Shown here one piece after another: positions 30,197-40,105 of a stretch of DNA of 64,000 nucleotides. Within the stretch, counting starts at the first letter, position 1. The number at the start of each line of letters is the position of its first letter. The notes beneath the pieces are model-generated. The model was not told the DNA's origin. It saw nothing but the letters and a program-made list of their open reading frames with translations, and did not search any database. A program made the translations under genes and the position numbers. Origin of the DNA: Desulfatiglandales bacterium (GTDB lineage: Bacteria; Desulfobacterota; DSM-4660; Desulfatiglandales; Desulfatiglandaceae); NCBI GenBank assembly GCA_963662465.1, contig OY759599.1, forward strand, positions 6,176,001 to 6,240,000, in the 5' to 3' direction.

Positions 30197-31448
30197 CTCT
30201 TTTTTCTCCTTTCAATTCATGGTTTGGCAGGGACGATTCATCCATGGCCCCTACCTTTTCAGTGTCGGTTTTCCTCTGAATATCTCGCTGAATCGCCGAC
30301 AGGTTCTTGTCTCCGGTCAACATCACATCCACACCCGCATCGGAAAAAACATAACCGGGGCCCTTTCCTTCAAAGCCTTTTGGGCTATAGACCGTGTCCA
30401 CACCTTTTGCAAGAAGCCACTCGCTGACCTTGATCCCTTTTCCCTTCTCCTCGCCGGCAAAGGGATTGATTTTATAGGCCTCCGAGAGCAGGACCCCGTC
30501 CTTTTCCCGGACCCGGGCTACATAGAAGCAGGGGGCGGTGCCGAAATGTTCGGAGATGTTTTGCCGATCATTTCGGAGCGGAACGGCTACGATGCGGGTT
30601 TCCCGTTTTTGCGGTGCGTAATGAATGAGGATTTGGTCCACATGGGCAACAGCCGTTCTGATATGCTTCTCAATCCGCTGACTCACCACATGGGCTTTTT
30701 CAAGATTTTTGGCCTTAATGATGATATCCGCTTCGATAAACTTGTACTGGCCCGAGTTTCTTCCCCATAGGCCATTGATGGAAACGACCCCGGGATCTTT
30801 TAAGATAATCGTTTTGACCTGATCCAGGGTGTTAAAATCAAGGGAGGCGTCCAGCAGTACCCGAAAGGCGTCGGCAAAAATGCCGGCGCCGGCCTTGAAC
30901 ACCAGCAGGACCACCACGATGGCCGCGATTCGGTCCAAATCCAGATCAAACAGCCCGCCCACGAGCCCCGCGAGAATTACGCAGGAACTCATCATGTCCG
31001 TTCGAATATGTTTGGCGTCCGCAATCAGGCTGGGCGAGCCGATGGCTTTTCCCTGACGCAGCTCATATCGGGAAAATGCAAAGGTAATTCCCGTGGCCGC
31101 CACCAGACCTCCTATGGCATAGGGAAGGTATTGTGTTTTGAGAGTGAATGACTCAAAAAACACCGTTTTGACAATTTCGTACCCCGCCAAAAAGATGAAA
31201 AGGGATGTGAGCAGAGAAACAAAGTTCTCCACTTTATAGAGTCCGTAGGGAAAATTTTTAGATTTTCGTTTGCTGATTTTGATGCCGGCCAGGACCGTGA
31301 TGGAGGAAATCACATCGGTGGCGGAATGAATGGCATCCGCCACCAGTGCAACAGAACCGGAAAGATATGCGAGCCCCCCCTTGAGGACCACCAGCAGAAT
31401 ATTGACGCCAATGGAGTAAAACCCTATTTTTTCCTTTTGGGTCATCAT
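30189..31448 (-). CDS. cation diffusion facilitator (CDF) transporter with C-terminal NifB/NifX-like domain
   Basis: ALVADAIHSATD, FPYGLYKVEN, ADAKHIRTD; C-terminal SEHFGTAP. Confidence 0.88.
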   Translation of the reverse strand: MMTQKEKIGFYSIGVNILLVVLKGGLAYLSGSVALVADAIHSATDVISSITVLAGIKISKRKSKNFPYGLYKVENFVSLLTSLFIFLAGYEIVKTVFFESFTLKTQYLPYAIGGLVAATGITFAFSRYELRQGKAIGSPSLIADAKHIRTDMMSSCVILAGLVGGLFDLDLDRIAAIVVVLLVFKAGAGIFADAFRVLLDASLDFNTLDQVKTIILKDPGVVSINGLWGRNSGQYKFIEADIIIKAKNLEKAHVVSQRIEKHIRTAVAHVDQILIHYAPQKRETRIVAVPLRNDRQNISEHFGTAPCFYVARVREKDGVLLSEAYKINPFAGEEKGKGIKVSEWLLAKGVDTVYSPKGFEGKGPGYVFSDAGVDVMLTGDKNLSAIQRDIQRKTDTEKVGAMDESSLPNHELKGEKRDD

Positions 31449-31550
31449 GAATCGTCTGATCCTTTCCGGGGTGAACTCAGGCTTTCCAGCAGGGCGAAGG
31501 CGCCCAAATTCGGGTACAACTTTTTGTAACAGCCAAAAAAACTTGACGGA

Positions 31551-31937
31551 TTATAAACTGATGGTGGTGCTTTTGCACGCCAATTCCCACATTTTGGTGG
31601 CCGGCGCCATCTGAAAACCCTCCATCAGGTCTTCTTCCTTGATCTGTCGGGTTTTGGCGCAGGGGGCGCATACGTAAATGGGTACCTCGAATTCCTGCAG
31701 ATACATCAGCAGATCATCGGCAACATCGCCGGTGGGCGCCCGAAGGTTTTCTGCGATGCCTTTCCTGGCGATATAGACCGCTTCATCAAGAAGAAAAACC
31801 GCTACGTTTTTTCCCATGCCGTGGGCCACCTGGGCCAGGTGAATGGCCCTGACGGAACGGTTGGGGTTATTGGTGCCGCAGCTGACGGTAATCAACACAT
31901 TGTTTTCTCTGGAATCCATTTCGGTTTTTTGGGTCAT
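31551..31937 (-). CDS. DsrE-family protein (Cys form, CxxC)
   Basis: VAVFLLDEAVY, PIYVCAPCAKTR. Confidence 0.82.
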   Translation of the reverse strand: MTQKTEMDSRENNVLITVSCGTNNPNRSVRAIHLAQVAHGMGKNVAVFLLDEAVYIARKGIAENLRAPTGDVADDLLMYLQEFEVPIYVCAPCAKTRQIKEEDLMEGFQMAPATKMWELACKSTTISL

Positions 31938-31963
31938 GGTTGCATCTCCTTATGCTTTTGGTT

Positions 31964-32815
31964 TTATAGGGGCGCGTTTGCGGCCCTTAATATAATACTT
32001 CCCACCGGCAGGCCCATATGTCTTGCAATAACCGGGCACTTGGCTTTTAAAAGAAAAAAAATGTTTTGGCGCTGGTTGGAAAGGGCTTCATAGTTGCCCT
32101 GCCCTTTGCTGATAATCAATTCTGCTTCGTGGTATCGACGTATAAACCGGTCGCTGCAGGTTTCAAGAAGGGTTCCCGGCGCATCGGTTCCCGAACTCAT
32201 GAGCTCGACCGCTGAATCGATCCCGGCCTGTTGGGCGTCCTCAAGGGTGGCGTCGTTGATGACGGGTTTTTCCCGCACCACATAGGTTGCCGGCTTGTTC
32301 ATGGTTTCCAGGAGGACTCTGTCAAACACGCATTCTCCGGCATTATCGCCGAGGTAAAGGATCCTGTCGGACTGGGCCAAAGCCGTTTTGAATTGCTCAT
32401 AATCGCATACGGCAAAAGCTTTGGACCGGGCCGTCTCAATTTCTTTCTTCATATCAAAGGCTTGGTTCGGTCCAAAGTCAATGACATTTCCGGCGATGGC
32501 CATTCGAATGGCCATCAGCAGCCTGTCATCTGATTTTTCCACCAGACGCTTCATATGGGGGTAAAGGGAAAGGGCTTCACGGGTGCTGCGATTTTTAATT
32601 TCCCGGTATGGGTCCTGGTTTTTTGTTATTTTGTGAACCTTCCGATAGATCAGCCGACCAATTTCAGGGGGGGGACTCTCAAGGGAAATGGTCGGGAGCA
32701 TCATGCTGACGGCATCGAGGACCGCTTTGATTTTGATTTGATCATCGGTTGCCATTCGGGCGGCTCGAAGCGCCTGGTTCAAAAAGCAGGGAAAACAGTC
32801 CAGATAGGTTTTCAT
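31964..32815 (-). CDS. ARMT1/DUF89 family damage-control phosphatase
   Basis: LDCFPC, DPY, AGNVIDFG, LGDNAGE, INDAT, SKGQGNYE, KAKCPV motifs. Confidence 0.88.
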   Translation of the reverse strand: MKTYLDCFPCFLNQALRAARMATDDQIKIKAVLDAVSMMLPTISLESPPPEIGRLIYRKVHKITKNQDPYREIKNRSTREALSLYPHMKRLVEKSDDRLLMAIRMAIAGNVIDFGPNQAFDMKKEIETARSKAFAVCDYEQFKTALAQSDRILYLGDNAGECVFDRVLLETMNKPATYVVREKPVINDATLEDAQQAGIDSAVELMSSGTDAPGTLLETCSDRFIRRYHEAELIISKGQGNYEALSNQRQNIFFLLKAKCPVIARHMGLPVGSIILRAANAPL

Positions 32816-33681
32816 GAGCGCATTTCCTTTGCCGCGTTGGAGCGGTTTGCATTTGCCTTTGATTGTAGATAAGTCATGGCGCGTTCATAGACTTCCGTAA
32901 TGCGGATGGAATTTTCCGGAAGGGCCTGCCGGATTTGTTCAAGATAACCCCTTTCCTGTACCATCTGAAAAGTGCGGCGAAAATTCACGTCATAGATCCA
33001 TCCGATTTGAAGCAGCTTGAAATCATTCAGGGTTTTGAGGTCCGTCATTTTAACGATATTCCCTTTCATCAGGGATCGGCAGACGGCATCCGAAATTTCG
33101 GGTGTATCCGGAAGGTTCAATTCAATGGTCTGGTTTCGTTCTTTATGGGCATTGCGATAGTAGTCGGTCACCACCCGCCAGATGTCCACTTTGTCCGCAT
33201 CTCGCAGAAGCTTCATGAAGAACAGGCCGCGACCATTCTCGTTGGCGGGTAGGGCGGCTTTGTTATGGTATTCCACCGCACGAATGATCACACGTTTATT
33301 TTCCGGGTCAATGTTTTCCAGGATGCCGTTGTCCCGAATGACTTTTACGCCGAGAAGGGCATGATTTTCCGATTTTGCATCGGAGAAGGTTTTGTACTGT
33401 TGGTATTGCTCAAACCGACCGATATCGTGCAGCAGGGCCGCCGCTTCCGCCAGATGCAGGTCCTCGCCGGAAAGCCCCTCGTGCCGTCCGATATCCAGGA
33501 TGGCTTCACAGACCCGGGTGGTATGGTCCTGTTTTAAATCCAGGGCCGCTTGAATGTTTGGATCCCTTGAAGCAAACCGTGCAATGTAGTTTTTTAACCA
33601 ATGTTTGAGTTTCGGCAGAAGGTTCTCTAAATCCATTCTTGACCTCATATGTTTTTTATCTTGTAACCTGAGCATAACCAA
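32812..33681 (-). CDS. HD-domain phosphohydrolase
   Basis: HTTRV, LLHDIGRF, NHALLG, YHN, RDADK motifs. Confidence 0.85.
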   Translation of the reverse strand: MVMLRLQDKKHMRSRMDLENLLPKLKHWLKNYIARFASRDPNIQAALDLKQDHTTRVCEAILDIGRHEGLSGEDLHLAEAAALLHDIGRFEQYQQYKTFSDAKSENHALLGVKVIRDNGILENIDPENKRVIIRAVEYHNKAALPANENGRGLFFMKLLRDADKVDIWRVVTDYYRNAHKERNQTIELNLPDTPEISDAVCRSLMKGNIVKMTDLKTLNDFKLLQIGWIYDVNFRRTFQMVQERGYLEQIRQALPENSIRITEVYERAMTYLQSKANANRSNAAKEMRS

Positions 33682-33708
33682 CTTAGGTAGGGGTTTAAGT
33701 TTATGGCC

Positions 33709-34086
33709 TCAAGAAGGCGATGCCGACAACAGCATCTCCACTTCTTTTTTGATAAGTTGATAAACTTCTTCCTCCAGATCTTCCGAAGGAAGTTTCTTCG
33801 CCTTTTTGATGCCGAGGGTCGATGTTAGTTCGAGGTAGTGGTCCATGGTCATCCCCTCCCGCTCAAAAAGTACTCTGCCGCATTTTACGGGACAGGCATC
33901 AATCAAAATTCGTTTCTCGGAATTTTTGACGATCTCCTTGAATTTCCAAGGTATTGTTATCGCTGGAAGACAACCGATCTTGACATCATCCGGGTGCTGT
34001 TCCCATACCTTGATGCATGCCTTCGATGCCGACACGCCTGTTGCGCATCCGCCATAACATGTGAACATTAGAAGTTTGTATTTCAT
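33709..34086 (-). CDS. DGC-domain putative zinc-binding protein
   Basis: FTCYGG...IGCL...IDACPVKC Cys pattern. Confidence 0.72.
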   Translation of the reverse strand: MKYKLLMFTCYGGCATGVSASKACIKVWEQHPDDVKIGCLPAITIPWKFKEIVKNSEKRILIDACPVKCGRVLFEREGMTMDHYLELTSTLGIKKAKKLPSEDLEEEVYQLIKKEVEMLLSASPS

Positions 34087-35357
34087 GAGTCCCTCCTCTC
34101 AGGGATTGCAATCATATCATGGTCTATTTGCGATTTCCAGACGGTGTCTCCCGTTTCCATTGCACGACCTTGTCCGTTACGCATACTTACCAGCGCCGTC
34201 AAATTGATGACCATGTCTTTTATCTGCATGGTTTGAGCGTTGATTTCCTTTGAAGCGTCGGCAGTTTCCTCCGCATTGGCCGCATTCTGCTGGACCGCCT
34301 TGTCCATTTCGGATACCGCCGTGTTAATTTGTTCGATTCCTTGGGCCTGTTCACCGGAGGCGCCGGCGATTTCATCAATCAGCTGCGCTACTCTTTTATT
34401 GTGCGTTAGCGTCACATCAAAGGCTTCATGCGTCTTTTCCACCAACCTCGACCCCGTATGGATCTCATCCACGGTTTTTTCGATGAGTGCCTGGGTATTT
34501 TTGGCTGCCTCGGCCGCCCGCATGGCCAGGTTGCGCACCTCATCGGCGACAACGGCGAAACCGGCCCCCGCTTCGCCGGCCCTTGCCGCTTCAACCGCCG
34601 CATTGAGGGCTAGAAGGTTGGTCTGAAAAGCGATTTCGTCGATGGTTTTGATAATCTTGCCGATTTCTTCCCCCCTCGATTTGATTCTGCTCATGGCCTC
34701 TATGGTCTGTTTCATGGCCTCATTGGCGGAAGCCAGGGAAGCATATGCCTCATTTCGAGAAGCCTTGGCCTGATTGGCGTTATCCGCATTTTGCCGGGTC
34801 ATGGACGATATCTCTTCCAGGGAAGATGAGGTTTCCTCGATGGAAGCCGCTTGCTCGGAAGCACTTTCAGCCAGAAACCGGCTGGATGCGGAGACTTGCT
34901 CGGACGTGGATGATACCTGGTCGGATTTCTCGTTCAAGCCTTCGATGATGTGGCCAAGGGATTTGGTGATGCCCCTGGCAATCAATATGCCCATGAAGAG
35001 ACCAAAGACAAGGCCGGAAAGGGAAAGGATGGTCATTACCCTGACGCCTGATTTTTCGTCATGTTTCGCTTTGATGGATGTCTCTTTGGTTAATTTTTCA
35101 ACCTTCTCCATGAACCCTTTGAGTTCATCGTTCAGATTTTCCGCTTCTGTTCCCACCTTTTCAGCAGGTTCTTTGGCTTCCTGCAGCATTTTCTTGCGCA
35201 TCGCCGCGAATGCCCGGTTTACCTGTTCCTCATAGGCTGCACGGTGTTTTCCAATGGAACCGAGTTTGATGATTCCGAAACCGTTGGCGGCAACCAGTAG
35301 GACCAGAATGATCGATATCACACCGATTATTTTTGTCTCCAATTTAAAGCTTTTCAT
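34083..35357 (-). CDS. methyl-accepting chemotaxis protein
   Basis: Two TM segments; IAFQTNLLALNAAVEAARAGEAGAGFAVVADEVR signalling hairpin. Confidence 0.93.
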   Translation of the reverse strand: MKSFKLETKIIGVISIILVLLVAANGFGIIKLGSIGKHRAAYEEQVNRAFAAMRKKMLQEAKEPAEKVGTEAENLNDELKGFMEKVEKLTKETSIKAKHDEKSGVRVMTILSLSGLVFGLFMGILIARGITKSLGHIIEGLNEKSDQVSSTSEQVSASSRFLAESASEQAASIEETSSSLEEISSMTRQNADNANQAKASRNEAYASLASANEAMKQTIEAMSRIKSRGEEIGKIIKTIDEIAFQTNLLALNAAVEAARAGEAGAGFAVVADEVRNLAMRAAEAAKNTQALIEKTVDEIHTGSRLVEKTHEAFDVTLTHNKRVAQLIDEIAGASGEQAQGIEQINTAVSEMDKAVQQNAANAEETADASKEINAQTMQIKDMVINLTALVSMRNGQGRAMETGDTVWKSQIDHDMIAIPERRDS

Positions 35358-35418
35358 ATCCTTTCCTCCAGAAGATTCTCAAAGCAGACCAAACTTAAGC
35401 CACAATCGATGCGACCCT

Positions 35419-36999
35419 TTAATGTTTGTCATCCAGCACGCGCCGGACGGTCTCCGCCATAACGCCCTTGAGTATGGGTTTTAAGAGAAACGCCCTGATC
35501 CCCATTTCTTTGGCTTTTTCCGCTTTGATCTTATGACTGAAGCCGGTACATAGAATAATGGGAATATCCGGTTGGATTTCCACGATTTTCAAGGCTAATT
35601 CATCGCCTGTCAAATTGGGCATCGTCATGTCGGAAATCACAAGATCGAATTTGTCCGGTCGGGCTTTGAACAGTTCCAGGGCTTCCATGCTGTTTGTTCT
35701 CGTGGTGACATCATAGCCTAAGGATTCGAGTATCTGTTTCCCAAGACTCACCAGCAGAATTTCGTCATCGATAAACAGTATCCTTTCGGTTCCGGTGGGA
35801 AAGGGTTTTTCCACAGGAGTTTCCCGCGCAAGGGTTTTTTCGATGACCGGTAAAAAGACATTGAAGGTGGCGCCTTTCCCGAGTTCGCTTTGAACGGTTA
35901 TGGCCCCGCCATGGGCCTTGACAATGCCGTGGACAACGGACAACCCCATGCCGGTCCCCTCACCCTTGTCTTTGGTTGTGAAAAATGGATCAAAAATACG
36001 GCTCAGAAGATGGGGCGGTATCCCGCATCCCGCGTCTCTTACCTTTAATTGCAGGTGTGTTCCCGGGTTCATATCCGGGTGCTGGGCCGTGAACGGGGCA
36101 TCCAGCAGCACGTCCACAAGGGTCACCTCCAATACCCCTCCTTTTTCCCGCATGGCATGGTCGGCATTGACACAGAGATTCAACAACACCTGGTGAATCT
36201 GGGTCGGGTCGCCCAATATCAGAGAATTGCTTTGAATGTTCTGACGTATTTCCAGGGTTGTGGGCAAGGTCGCTCTCAGCAGCTTCAGGGCTTCCTTGAT
36301 AATGAATTTCACCTGGATCGGACTGAAAGTTTTCGCACTCTGGCGGCTGAACGTAAGGATCTGCTTCACCAAATCTCTGGCCCTCTCCGCGGATGAAAGC
36401 ACGGATTTCAGGTTTTTCCTCAGTCGAGTTCCCGGTTCAGTCTCTTCCAAGGCCAATTCCGTATAGCTAAAGACCGATGCAAGGATGTTGTTGAAGTCGT
36501 GAGCAATGCCGCCTGCCAGAGTTCCGATGGCCTCCATTTTCTGGGCTTGCTGGAGCTGAATTTCCAATGATTTCAGCTCAGTGGTGTCTCTTAAAATCGT
36601 CATTTTTGAAACAGAACCATCCCCGTGAAAGATGGGGGTTTGGGAAATATGGTAAGAATGTTGGTCTTTCGGACTGACGATGTCATATTCAAGATGCGCT
36701 TTTGCTTGACCCTTACCCTGCATGCACCATGGGCATTTGTGGTCTAAATCGTGCAGAACTTTGAAACAATGCTCTCCCCTGGCGTCACGTCCAATTCTTT
36801 TGATCATCACCGGGTTCATGTATTCAACCCGGTATTCCGATGAGAGGATATAGATGGGGTCTTTCATGGCTTCCATCATGGACCGATAGCGCTCCTCACT
36901 TTCCTGAAGCGCTTCCTCGGTTTGCTTACGTTCAAAGGTTTTATGTTCCAGTTCTTTGATCCGTTGTTCCAATTCGTTATAGGTTAACCTTTTGGCCAT
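35419..36999 (-). CDS. PAS hybrid sensor histidine kinase / response regulator
   Basis: GGIAHDFNN H-box, NLCVNA, FFTTK, GTGMGL; C-terminal receiver (FIDDE, SDMTMP, LLKP). Confidence 0.92.
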   Translation of the reverse strand: MAKRLTYNELEQRIKELEHKTFERKQTEEALQESEERYRSMMEAMKDPIYILSSEYRVEYMNPVMIKRIGRDARGEHCFKVLHDLDHKCPWCMQGKGQAKAHLEYDIVSPKDQHSYHISQTPIFHGDGSVSKMTILRDTTELKSLEIQLQQAQKMEAIGTLAGGIAHDFNNILASVFSYTELALEETEPGTRLRKNLKSVLSSAERARDLVKQILTFSRQSAKTFSPIQVKFIIKEALKLLRATLPTTLEIRQNIQSNSLILGDPTQIHQVLLNLCVNADHAMREKGGVLEVTLVDVLLDAPFTAQHPDMNPGTHLQLKVRDAGCGIPPHLLSRIFDPFFTTKDKGEGTGMGLSVVHGIVKAHGGAITVQSELGKGATFNVFLPVIEKTLARETPVEKPFPTGTERILFIDDEILLVSLGKQILESLGYDVTTRTNSMEALELFKARPDKFDLVISDMTMPNLTGDELALKIVEIQPDIPIILCTGFSHKIKAEKAKEMGIRAFLLKPILKGVMAETVRRVLDDKH

Positions 37000-37009
37000 C
37001 AGAAGATCC

Positions 37010-38002
37010 TCAAATTTTAACCGGGCACAGGCACCTGGCCTTCAGATACCATTCAGGCAATCCATTTCGTCCGTCGTCATCCAATCGGGTTTTTTCCCCG
37101 TAGGCGCCCATCCGGGTCAGCAGCAGAATATCGCCACTTTCCACGGGGTATGGGTTTTTCAGGTATATGATGCCGTTTTTTGCACGTTTGGGTTGCCGTG
37201 TTATTCGGGTCAGAATGACCTTTTCTTCCTCGGGTCTTGAAAGATTCACCACCTGATGGGTGGTTCCATGGATTTCATAGAAAAGGGCATCCTCCATGGG
37301 AAGATACACCCGAATGTAGGGTATGCCTTCGGCCGTGCCGCTCTCCAGGACTTTCATGAGCAGTGCACCCGCGTAAGCGATCAGATGCGCCGGCAATTCA
37401 AGTTGCAATTTAAATCGGGGGCAGGCACTCTGGATGGCTTCCAGATAATTTTCGATTTCCGGGAGTTCCATGCCTTCCACAAGGGTGTCTGGTTCGCCGC
37501 TTTCGTCATTGCCGAGAATCAGATTGGCGATGTCCGGAAATTCCAGGGAAAGGCTTTGATACAATGAGATTTTTTCAGCCTGATGGCACAGGAATAGAAA
37601 TCGGTTGTCCGGGCGGATAACCGTCCCATGGGTATCCGTCCGGACCGCCACACGGAGTCTCTGACGCAGGGCCGCCTCACCATCTCTTTCGTGCCGCTGG
37701 TCGGACAAAAAGAAGATCCGTTCAGGGGGCAGTTTCGGAACGCGCGCTCTCAAACGGTTTACTGCCAAAAGAGAATTGCAACGGAAACAGGCATCCAGCT
37801 CAAAGGCTTTTTGCAGTATGGGTTGGTGAAAATTCACGTGATACGGGTAGAAAAGCCCTGAAAGAGCGTCCATGGCCGAGAGGTCAAAGAAAATCTCGTT
37901 CAGGGTTTCCTCGTTGTACACGTAGAGGGGCGCCTTATTCTGCGCGAGCGCCATCAATTCCTCATTTCGAAAATGCCACCAGTGTTTTTGGGTTGGGTTC
38001 AT
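37010..38002 (-). CDS. degenerate diaminopimelate-decarboxylase (LysA)-like protein
   Basis: PLYVY and GDILLLxxMGAYG motifs retained, but FYPYHVN replaces the PLP-lysine motif YAxKAN. Confidence 0.6.
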   Translation of the reverse strand: MNPTQKHWWHFRNEELMALAQNKAPLYVYNEETLNEIFFDLSAMDALSGLFYPYHVNFHQPILQKAFELDACFRCNSLLAVNRLRARVPKLPPERIFFLSDQRHERDGEAALRQRLRVAVRTDTHGTVIRPDNRFLFLCHQAEKISLYQSLSLEFPDIANLILGNDESGEPDTLVEGMELPEIENYLEAIQSACPRFKLQLELPAHLIAYAGALLMKVLESGTAEGIPYIRVYLPMEDALFYEIHGTTHQVVNLSRPEEEKVILTRITRQPKRAKNGIIYLKNPYPVESGDILLLTRMGAYGEKTRLDDDGRNGLPEWYLKARCLCPVKI

Positions 38003-38008
38003 TGACGA

Positions 38009-38971
38009 TTATCCCTCCGGGACGCATAACTGTCCACGACTAACCGCCTGAATGGTTTTGATGAGTACAACCCCAATGATCAGGATGGTAAAAGCCATGA
38101 AGATGCCTGCCAGCACCTTGAAAAAGGTAAAATGGTTCAGTTCATACATGAGCGCCGTGGCCAGGGTGATGGCATCCAGGGGAAAGGTGTAGGCCCACCA
38201 TGAGATAAAAAACGGCACTTTGGTAAATTTATCCACCATGGTGAACAGCATCAGCACGGTAAAAATACCGAAATAAAAAAGAATTCTTGAAAAGGGATCC
38301 AGTGAATGGGTCAGTTTGATATAGGCAATAAACCCTACTGCCGCCGGTGCAATGAGAATAAAGAGCGTCGGTACCAGCTTGGAGGGAAGGGGATCGTGAA
38401 AAATGACCCGGTACAGGAGAATCGACAGCAAGCCGATCCAGTAAATAATCCCCACGCTGAAGAAGAACCAGGAAATTTCGGGGTTCGCCACCTGAACGCC
38501 GGCCACCGGCACGAGAATGGGACCCACCACCGGAATAAACCAGGCCGGGTTGAAGGATTGCAGTTTATAATTTTTGTGAAACCAGGAATAAAGGGTGCGC
38601 AGCAGGAGCAACAGATGGATGACGACGCCGATCCACCAGGTGATTTTTGAAACCACCGGATTGACGCTAAGAAACGCAATGGAAAAGAGCAGAAAACAGA
38701 TGGAATAGGCTGGAAAAAAATGCATGCGCACGGGGTGGTTGTATTCCACCTTGACCTCTTCGGGATACTTGATCCACTTTACTCCGTAGATGATATTCAG
38801 CAATACAAACCATGCGCTGACCAGGTACAACAGGGTTACGCCCCAGTTGACGCTGAAATGGAGTACATGGGCCATTTTCAGTAAAACAATGGAAAGTCCC
38901 GCAAGCCCCATCACCGATGCAAACAGGGTAATGGGAAAGTACTGCAAACGATTAGATTGCGTTTGTTCCAT
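38009..38971 (-). CDS. SLAC1/TehA (TDT) family anion channel
   Basis: FASVMGLAGL, HPVR, NPAWFIPVVG, PTLFILIAP, SWWAYTFP motifs. Confidence 0.9.
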   Translation of the reverse strand: MEQTQSNRLQYFPITLFASVMGLAGLSIVLLKMAHVLHFSVNWGVTLLYLVSAWFVLLNIIYGVKWIKYPEEVKVEYNHPVRMHFFPAYSICFLLFSIAFLSVNPVVSKITWWIGVVIHLLLLLRTLYSWFHKNYKLQSFNPAWFIPVVGPILVPVAGVQVANPEISWFFFSVGIIYWIGLLSILLYRVIFHDPLPSKLVPTLFILIAPAAVGFIAYIKLTHSLDPFSRILFYFGIFTVLMLFTMVDKFTKVPFFISWWAYTFPLDAITLATALMYELNHFTFFKVLAGIFMAFTILIIGVVLIKTIQAVSRGQLCVPEG

Positions 38972-38976
38972 ATTGA

Positions 38977-39636
38977 TTAATAACCCTCTTTCAGAAGTTT
39001 TGCCTGGTCCAGGAGCAGCGATTTGAACCGGTCCAGAGAGACGGGATAGCCCTGCATGGGAATGCCCATCCAGTCGCAATACTCCAGAAATTCTTCCGGT
39101 TTTTCCGCCATGAATTTATCCACATAACCGATGCCGTCCAGGACGATGGCGCCGCCTGAATGTTTGGGGAAGTTTTCGTTGGCAATGCCCTGATCCCACC
39201 CTTCGAATACCTGGTAGCGGTATTCCAGCCAGCCCGGCGTCATCCACCAGACTTTTTCGCCGCCGGCCAGTTCCTGCGCGATTTTGTCTCGGGTCGCTTC
39301 GTCGGCAAGCATATCCATGCAGTGGGTGGCTTGAACCCGTCCGATTCCCGGTCCCTGCTCCTCGAGGAGTTTCTGCATGGTGCGGGTGGGCGCATCGACA
39401 TTTACATAACAGAATTTTCCGCCGTAAACCACGATTACTTTATCCACTTTTTCCCGGGCCATTTTGATGCGTGAAATCAGCTGATTTTCCAGTTCATGAC
39501 AGTTTTGATGCAGCCCCGGTTTGGTGAAAAAGATTTTTTTAGCATCCAGGAAGCCTTCCTGCTTGAGATGATTCAACTCAAGGTTCAATGTGCCGCAGGA
39601 AACAATAGCGATATCTGAAAATGAAATTTTTTCCAT
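38977..39636 (-). CDS. DUF1638-like protein
   Basis: IVSCG, PGLH, VYGGKFC, HCMDML, WMTPGW pattern. Confidence 0.65.
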   Translation of the reverse strand: MEKISFSDIAIVSCGTLNLELNHLKQEGFLDAKKIFFTKPGLHQNCHELENQLISRIKMAREKVDKVIVVYGGKFCYVNVDAPTRTMQKLLEEQGPGIGRVQATHCMDMLADEATRDKIAQELAGGEKVWWMTPGWLEYRYQVFEGWDQGIANENFPKHSGGAIVLDGIGYVDKFMAEKPEEFLEYCDWMGIPMQGYPVSLDRFKSLLLDQAKLLKEGY

Positions 39637-39688
39637 TATAAATCTCCTTCTTTGTTGAATTGGGTTTCAATTTCCCTGATCGGGACCT

Positions 39689-40009
39689 TTAGCACAGGAG
39701 TTTTTCCAATGCATCTGAGAGAACCCCTTCGGATTGGACTCCGACAAATCTTTGAATTTCCTTGTTGTTTTTGAAAATGATCAGGGTCGGAATGCTCTGT
39801 ATCCCCAATGTTGCGGCAATGTCCTGATGCTCATCAACATTCATCGCCGAAATGATTGCTTTTCCTTCATATTGGTTTGAAAGCTGTTCCAGAATTGGCT
39901 CCTGGGTGCGGCAGGGAGCGCACCAGGGGGCGTTGAAATCCATGAGTGTAAGGCCGTTTTCAATTATTTTTTCATATTCTTCTTTTGATTGCAGCGTTTT
40001 TAATGCCAT
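39689..40009 (-). CDS. trxA: thioredoxin
   Basis: DFNAPWCAPC, NVDE, IQSIPTL. Confidence 0.9.
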   Translation of the reverse strand: MALKTLQSKEEYEKIIENGLTLMDFNAPWCAPCRTQEPILEQLSNQYEGKAIISAMNVDEHQDIAATLGIQSIPTLIIFKNNKEIQRFVGVQSEGVLSDALEKLLC

Positions 40010-40105
40010 GCCATATCCCTCCTTTTTTTGGACCTTGTTCATCGTTTTGGTTGGAAACCCTCGTTTTCTGAAGATATCTTTTATATTGTCATAACTCGTA
40101 CGCTT

